From Leptogorgia sarmentosa (taxonomy: Eukaryota), in NCBI GenBank assembly GCA_964658305.1, contig OZ210885.1, positions 2,790,001 through 2,854,000 of the forward strand: a DNA stretch of 64,000 nucleotides, read 5' to 3'. The notes below the pieces were generated by a model. That model was not told where the DNA came from, did not search any database, and saw only the letters and a program-made list of their open reading frames with translations. The position numbers and the translations under genes were made by a program. Within the stretch, counting starts at the first letter, position 1, and each line of letters opens with the position of its first letter. Positions 27,121-38,731 of this stretch are shown here, piece after piece.

Positions 27121-27422
27121 TGGGGAATAGTTTGTTCAACAACCACAACAACTTCTCTTGTAATATAATTTTAATGTTTCCCCAGTGCGTGCAATATCTT
27201 CCAACTCTCTTGTCTAACCAATGTGTGTAGTAATAACCATTTACATATGACAAGGTGCATTGTGCATTGTTCATTGTGCATTGTTGATAGATGGGTGCGC
27301 ATCCTAATTAACTAAGTTCATAGGTTCTCTCACATCAATCAATGTAGTTCCTGTGGCTGGGATAGATGATTCTGCAAAGGACAATGAATATAATTCGTTC
27401 TCAAGTTTTTTGGAGCAAATGT

Positions 27423-28312
27423 TCAATGTTGCGGTGCTCTCCGCTTCGTCGTGCCGCAACCTTTCCAAAAATCGAGCAATTTTTTGTCCAATATTCCATA
27501 TATAAGAGGATTTGTTGAATGCCAACAAACAACTTGCAGAAATGGGGCCCAATTAACAATCCAAGAGTGTTTCCGTAGTAAACATAATTTCCCAGCAATC
27601 TGTAGAATCCTGCGCGCTGTCAAAAGAATATTTGCCAGTCCATAACAAGAAACCGTGATTTCGATGATCGATTTCGTAAATATGTCAGAATATTAAAGGA
27701 AGAGCTAGGTACGTGCACTCCGTCTCACAGGATTTGAACAAATGCTGTTTATGTATTGTTTTGTTCCATCAGGGTTCGACCAATTTTAAAGTAAGTTACA
27801 GCCATGAATATGGTTGGGAAAAAAATGAAGCAAATCATGATATAAACAAAAAGATATTTAGCACCAACAGACCTAAAACACAAAAGTGCCACTGGTCCAT
27901 AACCCGCAATAAAACCAACAACCTACACCAAACCACAAACAAGTTTCAATTTCCGTCGACTGATGGCAGGTTTCAAGGGATGCACAGTAGCACGATAACG
28001 CAGAACTGAAATCATCTACATTATAGCAACTCCAGTTGGTTGAAAGAAAAAATGGGCATGAAGACCAAAGCAACGCACTTTGGTGGAATCAATGAATCGT
28101 TCTTTAAACAAGTGGTTCATCTGACGTAAAAGGTAAATTACTAGTGCTCCAAGATCACAGATGGCAAGTTGTAGAACAAGAAAGTAGTAGTTGTTCTTCA
28201 ACATATTCTTTTGTCTCAGTATGGAGATAATCACCAAGAGATTGCCGAGAATCCCAAATACAACTACTGCTAGATAAAAATGTGTATAGGGATCATATTC
28301 GGTGTCGCTCAT
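27423..28312 (-). pseudogene. GPCR pseudogene, inverted paralog of 23506-24414
   Basis: Same N-terminus (VFGILGNLLVIISILRQKNMLKNNYYFLVL) and C-terminus (NPLIYGILD..PQH). In-frame TAG stops (AIM*MISVLRY at 28016, GLV*VVG, LCF*), frameshifts and internal loss. Confidence 0.9.
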
Positions 28313-28913
28313 CGTCTAACTTTTGCTGAAATTTGAAATGTACTTTCGTTAGTTACTGAATGCAATCAATTAATGATCAAGCCAGTATAGATGCTTGACC
28401 AATTACTTTGAGAAACGCGTAAAAATGTCAAATTTTTCCTTTACTACGATATTAAGCACAAAACCGAATGCGTTCAACCAATAATTTGATGTCTTTGCGA
28501 CTCGAGCGATATTGATAAACGGCGGCAAGAATAACAGATTTCGTCTTTGATAGCATGCATAAAAAGATACTGCCATGAATTTTAAATCAATAGTATCAGA
28601 GAGTTTCTTCTATTTTAAACTTCCAAAACACAAAACACAAGTTGGATATTACAAAACAACGAATCATTCAGTTTCTTAGTTTTCAATACCTGTTTCTATA
28701 TATAATATGTGAATTTGTGCGTTACAGGTATCACTTCTGTAAACAACTCATATATAAATACTATTGATAAAAATACTTGTTAATAATACACATTAAATGA
28801 ATTACTACTGTTTGCAGTTGTTGGAGATGCCGCGGTACTGATATACTTAGCGCAACCGATTGAGTCTATATTATATAATTATATATTGATTGTTTTTCAA
28901 AACAAAAACAATT

Positions 28914-29133
28914 CATAGGCGTACGAGGCGTGGGGGGGAGGGGGTTGCAAGGGATGCAACTGCACCCCACCCCCCCCCCCCAAAAAAAAAAATCGGCAAT
29001 CCAGAGGTTGTAAAAGTTCAAAAATTTCTCGCTCGGCGCCAACCATGGGCCAGCCTCGTGACATTCGCTACCCTCAATTTCAGGCAAAGATCTTTCTGCC
29101 CCCCCCTGAAAAACTGTAGCCCGTACGCTTATG
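28914..29133. mobile_element. Shorter, diverged hAT-type MITE of a related family
   Basis: Ends CATAGGCGTACG / CGTACGCTTATG. Shares TTTCTCGCTCGGCGCCAACCATGG with copies A and B. No clean TSD. Confidence 0.7.
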
Positions 29134-29411
29134 AAAAACATGGCAATATATACACCTGTCCGCCTCTGTTCATCATGGCTGGTCAACAAAATTTTAAAAT
29201 CGTAGAAGTCCTGCAGTTGCGTTTCGTGTTTTTGACGGGCTGTGGAAATTTTTTCATGTTAGCCTTCGACAGATTTCTATCCGTGTAGAATTCCCTCAGA
29301 TATCCCGCGTACATGCCGGCGTCCAGGGCGGAGCTGTTGGCGTTAGTTCCTTGGATCATTGCGACGTTTTTTAATTATGCGCTTTGTACGAATTTTGGCA
29401 TTGGGCAGAAG

Positions 29412-29886
29412 CATGGGCGTACGGGCCGGGGGGGGGGGCACGGGGGGGCCTGTTCACGGTCGGGCAATTGAGCTCGAATCGTTCGGGCAAACATAACTCC
29501 ATCATAGTTGATAGAATATTAACTTTATTAGACAATAATTATAACATCAACAATACGATGAAAATCATTATCCTCTAAAACATCCTATATGAAGTATTCT
29601 AATTCCAAAGCTCAAGTATTTCAGATCGAATTTGTATTACATAACGAAAGCGGTATAATATGACACCTTGAAAATGCCATTTCCGACGATCTAGAGACCC
29701 AAAATTTTTAAAATTTTCTCGCTCGGCGCCAACCATGGTGGCACCTCGTGAGCTTTGCCCCCCCCCTTATCTGTCAGCCCCCCCCCCCCCCCCCCGCACT
29801 TCAAATGTCGTTCCACAGGTCCTGTCGGGCAAACAATAATGTGCCAATGTGCCCCCCCCAAACAAGATAGGGCTCGTACGCCCACG
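29412..29886. mobile_element. hAT-type MITE, copy B (right end of putative composite element)
   Basis: Same orientation as copy A and nearly identical to it. Ends CATGGGCGTACG / CGTACGCCCACG. Right flank is ACCATACC (29887-29894). Confidence 0.9.
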
Positions 29887-30801
29887 ACCATACCAAGACA
29901 AGTAACACAGTAATGTGGCTATCCTGTTTAAAATTACACACCAGTTGAAACATCTCCATGTTTCATGAAACATCTGACATGTCAGGTTGCGACGTATAAC
30001 CTATAACTGGATTAAATTCGACGGGTCGAATTAAATTCGTGTCACTCGCATTATCCGTCCAATCCTGACGGATAATGCGACCGAAATGCGAAATCGACAA
30101 CTTCGGAGATGTATTATCCGTCACGATAAATGCTCAAATAAAAGTGCGCGGTGGTGCTCAACAACAAGGCATTTTTACACAGTCCCTGCTAGCGTCTTGA
30201 ATTACCGCATGCCGTCTTAAATTAGACGTCATTTTAAATTACGTCACCTTACATTTCAGCTATATCCTGCATACTAATTACTTCCCGCGGTATACAGGCC
30301 CTGTAATCTACTTGCGTGAATATCTCTATCTTTCTATATGCGCCCCTCCCCCAAGTATCACAGAGAACAACCTCATGAGTTAGAAGTTGATCCCAACCAA
30401 CCAAGAAAAAAATCTTGGTATTGGAGGTAACAATTTGATTTTTCTCAATGATATTTAATTAATATTTGAAGCCATACAATGATAAATACTACGGGCTTGA
30501 CTACTGTTTTAACTAGCAAGCTTGAAAGAATAAAATATTTATATAACATTATATAACGCATGTTAAATGGCAATCTTAAAAAGATTGGATTTCGATAAAT
30601 CATTTCAAAACCAAAACAGTGTTTCACAAGATTTTTTCATAATGAAATTATAAATGAAACTAAGTCAAATGATGATTAGAGCGTGTTTTACAAGCATGGA
30701 CTCTAAAGGGACCAGGCATTTTCCACGTCATGCATTTACGGTATAATTGTGGTTTTTTGTTATAATAAGTAATAAAATTACAGGTAAGTAAATTTTTCGT
30801 T

Positions 30802-33800
30802 TCAATTCAAGACTACTACTTCTGATGGAGTGAAGGAATGACTTCCTGCCAGGAGAAATCTTGTGTTGGGTTGGCCGCGAGTGTATCCAGGTGGAGCCTG
30901 GTAGGTGTAATCAAAATTCGTGAAAGAGTGTGTGTTTGATTTCGCATCGTCATTGATATTCAAGTCAGGACCCCCACCAAATCTTGGTCCATATTTACTG
31001 TGAAAGCAAATTGCATCGGCGTCATTCTCACTTTTGAGCGGGGCCTTGAATGGTGCAAGGTTGTCGTTATTGCGCAGAGAAAACATGAATGATCCTGGAG
31101 CAGAAGTACAACGAAAAAACGCACCATCTGTCAAAATAAAACGATTATCCCAGGTTATAGATATGATTACCTCTCCATAATATCAAGATCTCTTGTAAAG
31201 ACAAGTAGGAATGATGCATAGCTACTTGATACATTCATTTAGCGAATAAAAGACAGCAATGCTGTCTTCAGTAATATTTCCTGAAAGGATGATAGCGCGC
31301 GCGAGGAAAATATCATCACGCATGGAAGTTTTGGTTTTGATTAAATAAAAAATACATTACGTCCGTACATTATATGTTACTGAAACAAGAACCTGATTAG
31401 AATGATAGCGTATAAAATAATATGTATTAGTTACTTCAACTTACCGATGCTCTCCCATGGCACAGTAGCATAACCACCGAAAACATATGTTTTATTGTTG
31501 TTGATAACTTGAACGATAGTTATGGTTGGTGATTTTCCATCACATTTTGAATGAAATGTACTCGCAGCCCAACCATCCCGCGTGGCTCTCCAACAAATCT
31601 TCCAATTTCCTGTTCTTGGCAACCATTCTCCCAACTTATTTTTGAATTCGATTGGTTCATTCTTTAATATCTCTGACAAGTCTAGGTATTACATAAATTT
31701 AATATCTCTGACAAGTCTAGGTATACATAAATGTATTTTCACAATAATCCTTTACTGGTCATGGTTTTCAAACTTCGCTTCGCTAGATTCTAGATATATG
31801 TAGCATACGTGGCCACATGGTAGATCGACAAAATAAGCCCGAAATAAGTTCATTGCGATAATAATACCAATACCGTATTTTTTTCCACAAAATTTGAATC
31901 GTAAAGTTTGACAAACGTAATTTAGAAGGTTATAGCCCGTTTATGTTCGCTGCAAAATTGCGTATTGCGATAACTGTTAAAATTAATATTCCATCATAGT
32001 TTGTCCGATTGATTAAATTTCGAAATATTCCAAAATTAGGAATTATAATTATTGGTTGAATACCTATTTCCATCGTTTCACTCGCCACAGAATGAGTTTG
32101 ATGACTTGTGGATGAATAAATTTCAGAACTGGTCATTGATGATGCAACAGCTGACGGTTGGATAATAAATGATGTCTTCACGGTACTCGACTCCATAATT
32201 TCCACGAATGACGTCATACCAGTCACCATGCTGTTGCTAGGTGTGATTGATGATGTCTTCATTCCATTGTCTCCCTGAACACTGGAATAACTTGTGTGTG
32301 TTCCGTTTGTGACATCATCCAGGTATGGAGTTGAGTTTCCCATGCTCATTGTCAAATTAACTTCTTTTTCATGTGTGGTTGTTGATTCATTTGCTCTTGT
32401 ACTACTCACTTCTGAAGAAATCACAGAAATCGAAGTTTTCACTAGAATTGAGAAGCAAAGAAATTTTTCAAAGTCTTTGAAACGTTCTCTGATCGTAAAT
32501 TTTATTTAAGACACGGTCACGAGCTTTCGACTGCCAGTCTGCGGTTTTCGACAGGTAAATTGATATTAAATCATAGACTATTCTGAGGATGTAACTATAA
32601 GGGCAGTGGCCGGCTTACAATTACAATTACAATTACAATTATAATGACATGCAATAAAGAATGAGTAGTTCCGCCTACGTAAACTCTAGTGAAAAATGTC
32701 TATGATCGGTTCTTACGGATCGAAAGCTTTGCGATTATAAAATTACGTGGTGTAAACTACAAACTAATATACAAGAATTGTTGCAAATACCTAGATTTCC
32801 GGATTTTCTGTTAATCTTTCTCTCTTGCTTCTCTTCATCTTTCGTCTATAGTACATAGCCATGCATAAATTAAAGTTTATTTATAATTGTTTTTATATAA
32901 TAAAAGGGAGCATTTGTCCTATGTTTCCGATATAACCGTTCATAGGCGCACGGGCTACATTTTTTCAGGGGGACAGAAGATCTTTGGCCGAATTTGGAGG
33001 GTAGCGAGAAACTTCTGAACATTTAGCGCCCCTAGGTTGCCGGAAACGACCATTTCAGCGTACTAACTCCACTTTCTTGGTACGCTCACTCAGGTGAACA
33101 AATGAAGGATTGTTGACATTACTTATTCGGTTATTCCTCAAATTTTTGCCCGAATTATGCTGAAAAATTGCCCGAATATTCGGCCTCAGTGTGTAAAACA
33201 GACTTTTTAAGAATAGGAACACTGTATTTATCAACTTATTTACCGCTATTAAATTTACTGAAAATTGTGTTTCACGCAGTCAAATTTGAACCCATTGTTT
33301 GCTATGAAGGCAAACACCTGTCCATGTGTCCTTGTGAAATTTCCTAATTTTAATGTCGGCATTGAGCTATATGTTTAGTTGATAAAATTTAGTTTTCTCT
33401 GTATTATATTCTTGTACAAGTCCAACAAATTGTAACGAATATACGCCATGACTAAGAAAACTGTTTTTATTAATTTTTTTTTTCATAATTATTATTTTAT
33501 CCTTGCTGGAAAATTTTCGTTTCGTCAGCCTATACATAGTTGCTGCCGCTATTGGCGCTATAATTAGTATCCTACAACACGAAGCTCGAAAACATCAGGC
33601 GCCTCGGAGGCTATATGGGCTGCGGTGGGCTTCAGTAGGACCCTCACTTTTTTGCTGGGATAGGTCATAATGTGCTACTAGCTACTACAGAGAATATATA
33701 GGAAATTGATAAAACAATTTTAGCCCCCACTTTCAAGTTTCGCGGCCCAAGAAGATGGAAAATATAAACAGGAAAGCTGTGACACGTAGGTAGATCCACG

Positions 33801-34493
33801 AAATTTTTCCCCGATCTACTCGCTTACTCAATTTATTTTAGCAGACTTTTTGCGGCTGTGGTCTTAGAGTTCAATGGTTTTGGTACATTAGCAATGCGCG
33901 CACAGACGTTTGCTGACTGATTTCGCCATGCATAATTTAGACTTGTTAATATTTGATTCGGAAGGTAACTGAAACTATTCGAAAACAAATTCAAAACTAA
34001 ATATTTTCCAAATTCAAATTCAGAAAACGAAACATACCGCTTCCACATCGCGTCGCAATATCCAGTCACCTTTCTTTGTTGTGTTTCTCTTCTTTGTGAC
34101 GTTCGTCAGTTGGCAGTTTTCATCGTTCGTTGCTGTAATCCTGTGGTTAAATCCCACACATCTTGGTTCTTTCTCACAAAGAGACAGACAGTTTATCGCA
34201 ACATATGCGCCGTCTGATCCCACGCTATGACTGGATATAATTTCGTTTGGAGGTAATGCTGGACCTTCTGTAAAAAAATTTATTAAAAACTTCGTAATTT
34301 ATATCCAGGCAGAATGCAGATCATCTGAAATTTCTTACCCTAAACTTCCCAATAAATCAATTTTTCTTGTTGCTTGGAAAAATTGCACATCTTTAAACTA
34401 TTTATACATAGCAGACACCAGAAATGTGACACAAAGACAAATCATGCATGCAGTATGTGAAAATATGGATGAAGTGCGGTCAGGTAAAGGCAT
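30802..34493 (-). pseudogene. PAN/apple-like + Ser/Thr-rich + TLDc domain gene, 5' exons disrupted
   Basis: Exons 34493-34339 (TAG at 34400-34398, phase mismatch), 34267-34038 (CLSLCEKEPRCVGFNH..CQL, PAN-like), 33916-33828 (frameshift and stop), 32441-32064 (S/T-rich), 31681-31445 and 31127-30802 (TLDc: CWRATRDGWAASTFHSKCD, VFGGY, SFMFSL, YGPRFGGGPDL, LLAGSHSFTPSEV). Confidence 0.8.
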
Positions 34494-35235
34494 TGTACAC
34501 AAAAAATGATCTTGTATCCATTAATCTTGTACCTGTAGAAGACCACAGTCTAGTGGTCGAAAGCTTGTCAAATAAATTATTTTTGGTCTAGAACGACTCA
34601 TTTTTTGTGTACAAATCAGTACATTACCAACCTGTTCTGATGGTTTCGTAATATCGAGCATAGCAGTCATTCGCATTTGTGCCTCCAATCATTTGCAGGA
34701 GTAAAATTAAAATGAACATTTTTAACTTGTATTCTTTGTAGCGCAACAGCATAACGAAAGACGAGGTAATTCACAGGTGAATACAAAGCATATGTGCGGC
34801 CAATCCATAAAGATGCATGTGTAAAACCAACATGCATGCAGGTGCCTCGATAGAGCGGCATGTCGGTAATTAAGTGCTGCTGCACTCGAATGAAAATAAA
34901 TTTGGCTGCGTGTAAGCACCATCTTAACTTTAAGCACAACGACAATCGTGAGCTGTAATTAAATTTTAGACTGTCTCAGTTTCCATAGTGATAGTCTGTG
35001 TTTAATATCATGCAGTGGAGGAAAATAGAATGGAGTTGGAATTATTCACCAATATTTTCTACACAAGTTAAAATTCATACATTTCCGTTAAGCATTGTTA
35101 TAATAAACTAATAAACTGTTATAATAATTTAATTTCACTGACACAGTGACGGAAATTCAGTGGAATGGGGGGGGGGGAGAATATACGATTTTCCAACAAA
35201 ATGAAGGTAACCTTATTAAGACACACGATTAACAT

Positions 35236-37618
35236 ACGATGAGATAGATGGCTCGTCTTTCACATTCGTGGCTCTACATTGGCGTTCGAATGTAGAGCCA
35301 GACATGAGATTTCCGTAATAAAATCGCGATAACTTCAAAACGGTTCAAGCAATCGAAAAAATATTAAATGCCATTCTTCATTAACATCAAAGGAATACAA
35401 TAAAGCAATTTGGAGATTTTTAACTAGTTAGGTTTTTTCTGGAGGTCGCGCTGAACACATGTCACTGACATGACTGAATGTAGAGCCAGAATTGTGAACC
35501 TGACAGAAACATAGCTGTATCTCAAGAACCAACTCGTTTGAAATAAAATCCTTCAATGCCATTCTGCAAGAGTTATAAAAGTATGAAATAAACAAGTCTA
35601 GAAGTTCATGCAGTGTAAAGTTCTCTCCAGAGGCCGAGCGAAATACTTGCTGTTGTGCGGTATCAAATTGCCGTTTTATGCAAGCAAAGACGCAAACTAT
35701 AATATAAAATCGGTATATCTTCAAAACGGCTGTGTGTATCGAAATATATTTTCATGCCATTCTTCATTAGTTCCAGGAACATTCAAAGAAGCAATCGGCA
35801 TGTTCTCAACTTGTTCCAAATCATCTGTAGGCCGAGCCGAACATTTGCGTCCAAGTGCGCGCCATTATGTAAATTTGAAGACCCTAGACACTTGCCGCGC
35901 ACTTAATGCGTGATTTCTCCAAAACTATGCAATGCATTCTTTGACCGCTTCATGCCATTCTTGACTGATATGAAAGCAATAAATTCTGGTATTTTTCGGC
36001 TATCTAAGGCGCTTCGTTGTGCAGAAATTGAGCGCCTAACAAGTGTTGTTTGCGCTTGTCCTCTTACCAAGAGCTGAACACAGAGGGAAGGCCTACACAT
36101 ACAAACTAAAATATCTCGTCAACCCAAGGCTGTGTTCTCAAAACATTTCATGTCACTCTTCCCTAGTTTAACATGTATAAAATCATCTAAAATTCGTTTG
36201 CCATTTCTTCCTAGTTTTTCTTGTGGAGCAATTTAAAGCGATCACTATAGCGGTACCCACCCCCCTGATTCACCGGTCAAAACAAGCATGGAAAAAATCT
36301 GTCAACAAAGCTGGGTTTTCCCTGCGATACATAACAGAAATGCGTAAATGAAAAATACGAAATGACGTCAATGTTCTTAGTGTGGCGTACCGAGACTCTC
36401 GACAAACACTTGAACACACCCAGAGAAAGTTAAAATTTAACTACCATTTAACCACGGATGGGTTGTTAAGATTTTTATACGACCGGCCCCTGGAAAAAGT
36501 CATCTTGGATTAATAAGTCCTTAGTATCGCAGGGAAAACCCAGCTTTGTTGACAGATTTTTCCCATGCTTGTTTTGACCGGTGAATCAGGGGGGTGGGTA
36601 CCGCTATAGTGATCGCTTTAGATTGCTCCACAAGAAAAACTAGGAAGAAATGGCAAACGAATTTTAGATGATTTTATACATGTTAAACTAGGGAAGAGTG
36701 ACATGAAATGTTTTGAGAACACAGCCTTGGGTTGACGAGATATTTTAGTTTGTATGTGTAGGCCTTCCCTCTGTGTTCAGCTCTTGGTAAGAGGACAAGC
36801 GCAAACAACACTTGTTAGGCGCTCAATTTCTGCACAACGAAGCGCCTTAGATAGCCGAAAAATACCAGAATTTATTGCTTTCATATCAGTCAAGAATGGC
36901 ATGAAGCGGTCAAAGAATGCATTGCATAGTTTTGGAGAAATCACGCATTAAGTGCGCGGCAAGTGTCTAGGGTCTTCAAATTTACATAATGGCGCGCACT
37001 TGGACGCAAATGTTCGGCTCGGCCTACAGATGATTTGGAACAAGTTGAGAACATGCCGATTGCTTCTTTGAATGTTCCTGGAACTAATGAAGAATGGCAT
37101 GAAAATATATTTCGATACACACAGCCGTTTTGAAGATATACCGATTTTATATTATAGTTTGCGTCTTTGCTTGCATAAAACGGCAATTTGATACCGCACA
37201 ACAGCAAGTATTTCGCTCGGCCTCTGGAGAGAACTTTACACTGCATGAACTTCTAGACTTGTTTATTTCATACTTTTATAACTCTTGCAGAATGGCATTG
37301 AAGGATTTTATTTCAAACGAGTTGGTTCTTGAGATACAGCTATGTTTCTGTCAGGTTCACAATTCTGGCTCTACATTCAGTCATGTCAGTGACATGTGTT
37401 CAGCGCGACCTCCAGAAAAAACCTAACTAGTTAAAAATCTCCAAATTGCTTTATTGTATTCCTTTGATGTTAATGAAGAATGGCATTTAATATTTTTTCG
37501 ATTGCTTGAACCGTTTTGAAGTTATCGCGATTTTATTACGGAAATCTCATGTCTGGCTCTACATTCGAACGCCAATGTAGAGCCACGAATGTGAAAGACG
37601 AGCCATCTATCTCATCGT
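35236..37618. mobile_element. Foldback-like element: two 1095-bp inverted arms around a 193-bp spacer
   Basis: 35236-36330 is the reverse complement of 36524-37618. The ORF track shows three mirrored identical ORF pairs. I found only two substitutions by eye. Confidence 0.9.
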
Positions 37619-38731
37619 TTAATATTCCTTCAAAATTTCCGACAAAATGGCAATTCGAGCCCGAGGAGAGACAATTGACATTTGCCCCCCCCCCCCCCCC
37701 CCCCCGTAACACAATTGGAAACTAGGCTCAAGTAAGCATACTCGCGTTGTAGATCTTAATAAACTCCCGAATATCATTACGACTACAGAGTATAAGCAAA
37801 GTGTTATGAGAGGTTTTTGTTTGGAAGTTTAGCAAGTTATTTCGACGCAACAAGAGTTTCCTGTGGTTGAATACCACTATATCCTTTCTTGTATTTCCCG
37901 CACTTAGCTATTTTTGACTATGTAACACAAAGAGCTATTCGCGCAAACTATTTCGCCACCAAAAATCGGCTTTTTAGTTTTTTTTCTTCTTGGCCTATAG
38001 GTCCACAAAATGGCTCCAATGTCCCGGTACAGAAGTATAACATTAATATAAAACTCATAAAAAACTCCACAAACACATCAGGGTTATTGTGCCACAAATA
38101 TAAAGCGCTTTAATATCACTATACAATCTATATATACATCTATATACTTAAAAACCACACATGTGTGCATACAATTATAACCAATTTGAAAGAAATAATG
38201 CATTATTCGGCCTTCAACCATGTCTTTATAGCAACGGGGTAGCAATGGGGGATAACGTTACACAAGCAATAACAAACTGATTGATAAATTCACCCGTGCA
38301 TATCACCATATCATTCACAGATTTTCACCACGCAATAATATTAACAGATTCCAAGCATAAAAGCTATGCTGCTTTTTGCTCGCTTAAGTGCAGAATCAAA
38401 ACTATTATTTTTAAAACTTGCTTTAGGTCCAGTGATAGAGTTCACAGTTTAGGTCAAAATTATGCAAGAACACTTGGCACAATCTAACGTTGCTATAGGT
38501 TACGCGTGGTTGGAGGTGAAATTATCTTTGTTTACAATAATATTCCTCTGTTCATGAACTAAATAATATAAAAACTATTTAAAAAATATATTGCTCATGT
38601 TTTCAAAATATAGAATACTTTCGAACTAACAATGCAGCTAAAATATATACCTAATAATAATAAACGACTGCCCTCTATTTCACAAAATATCAACAGTGTC
38701 TGTGAAGCATCAGCAATATAATGTCATAAGG

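Noticed and set aside
35428..37426. Three mirrored ORF pairs as duplicated genes or a transposase
   Set aside because: They are identical only because of the inverted repeat, are short, and show no recognisable protein motif.
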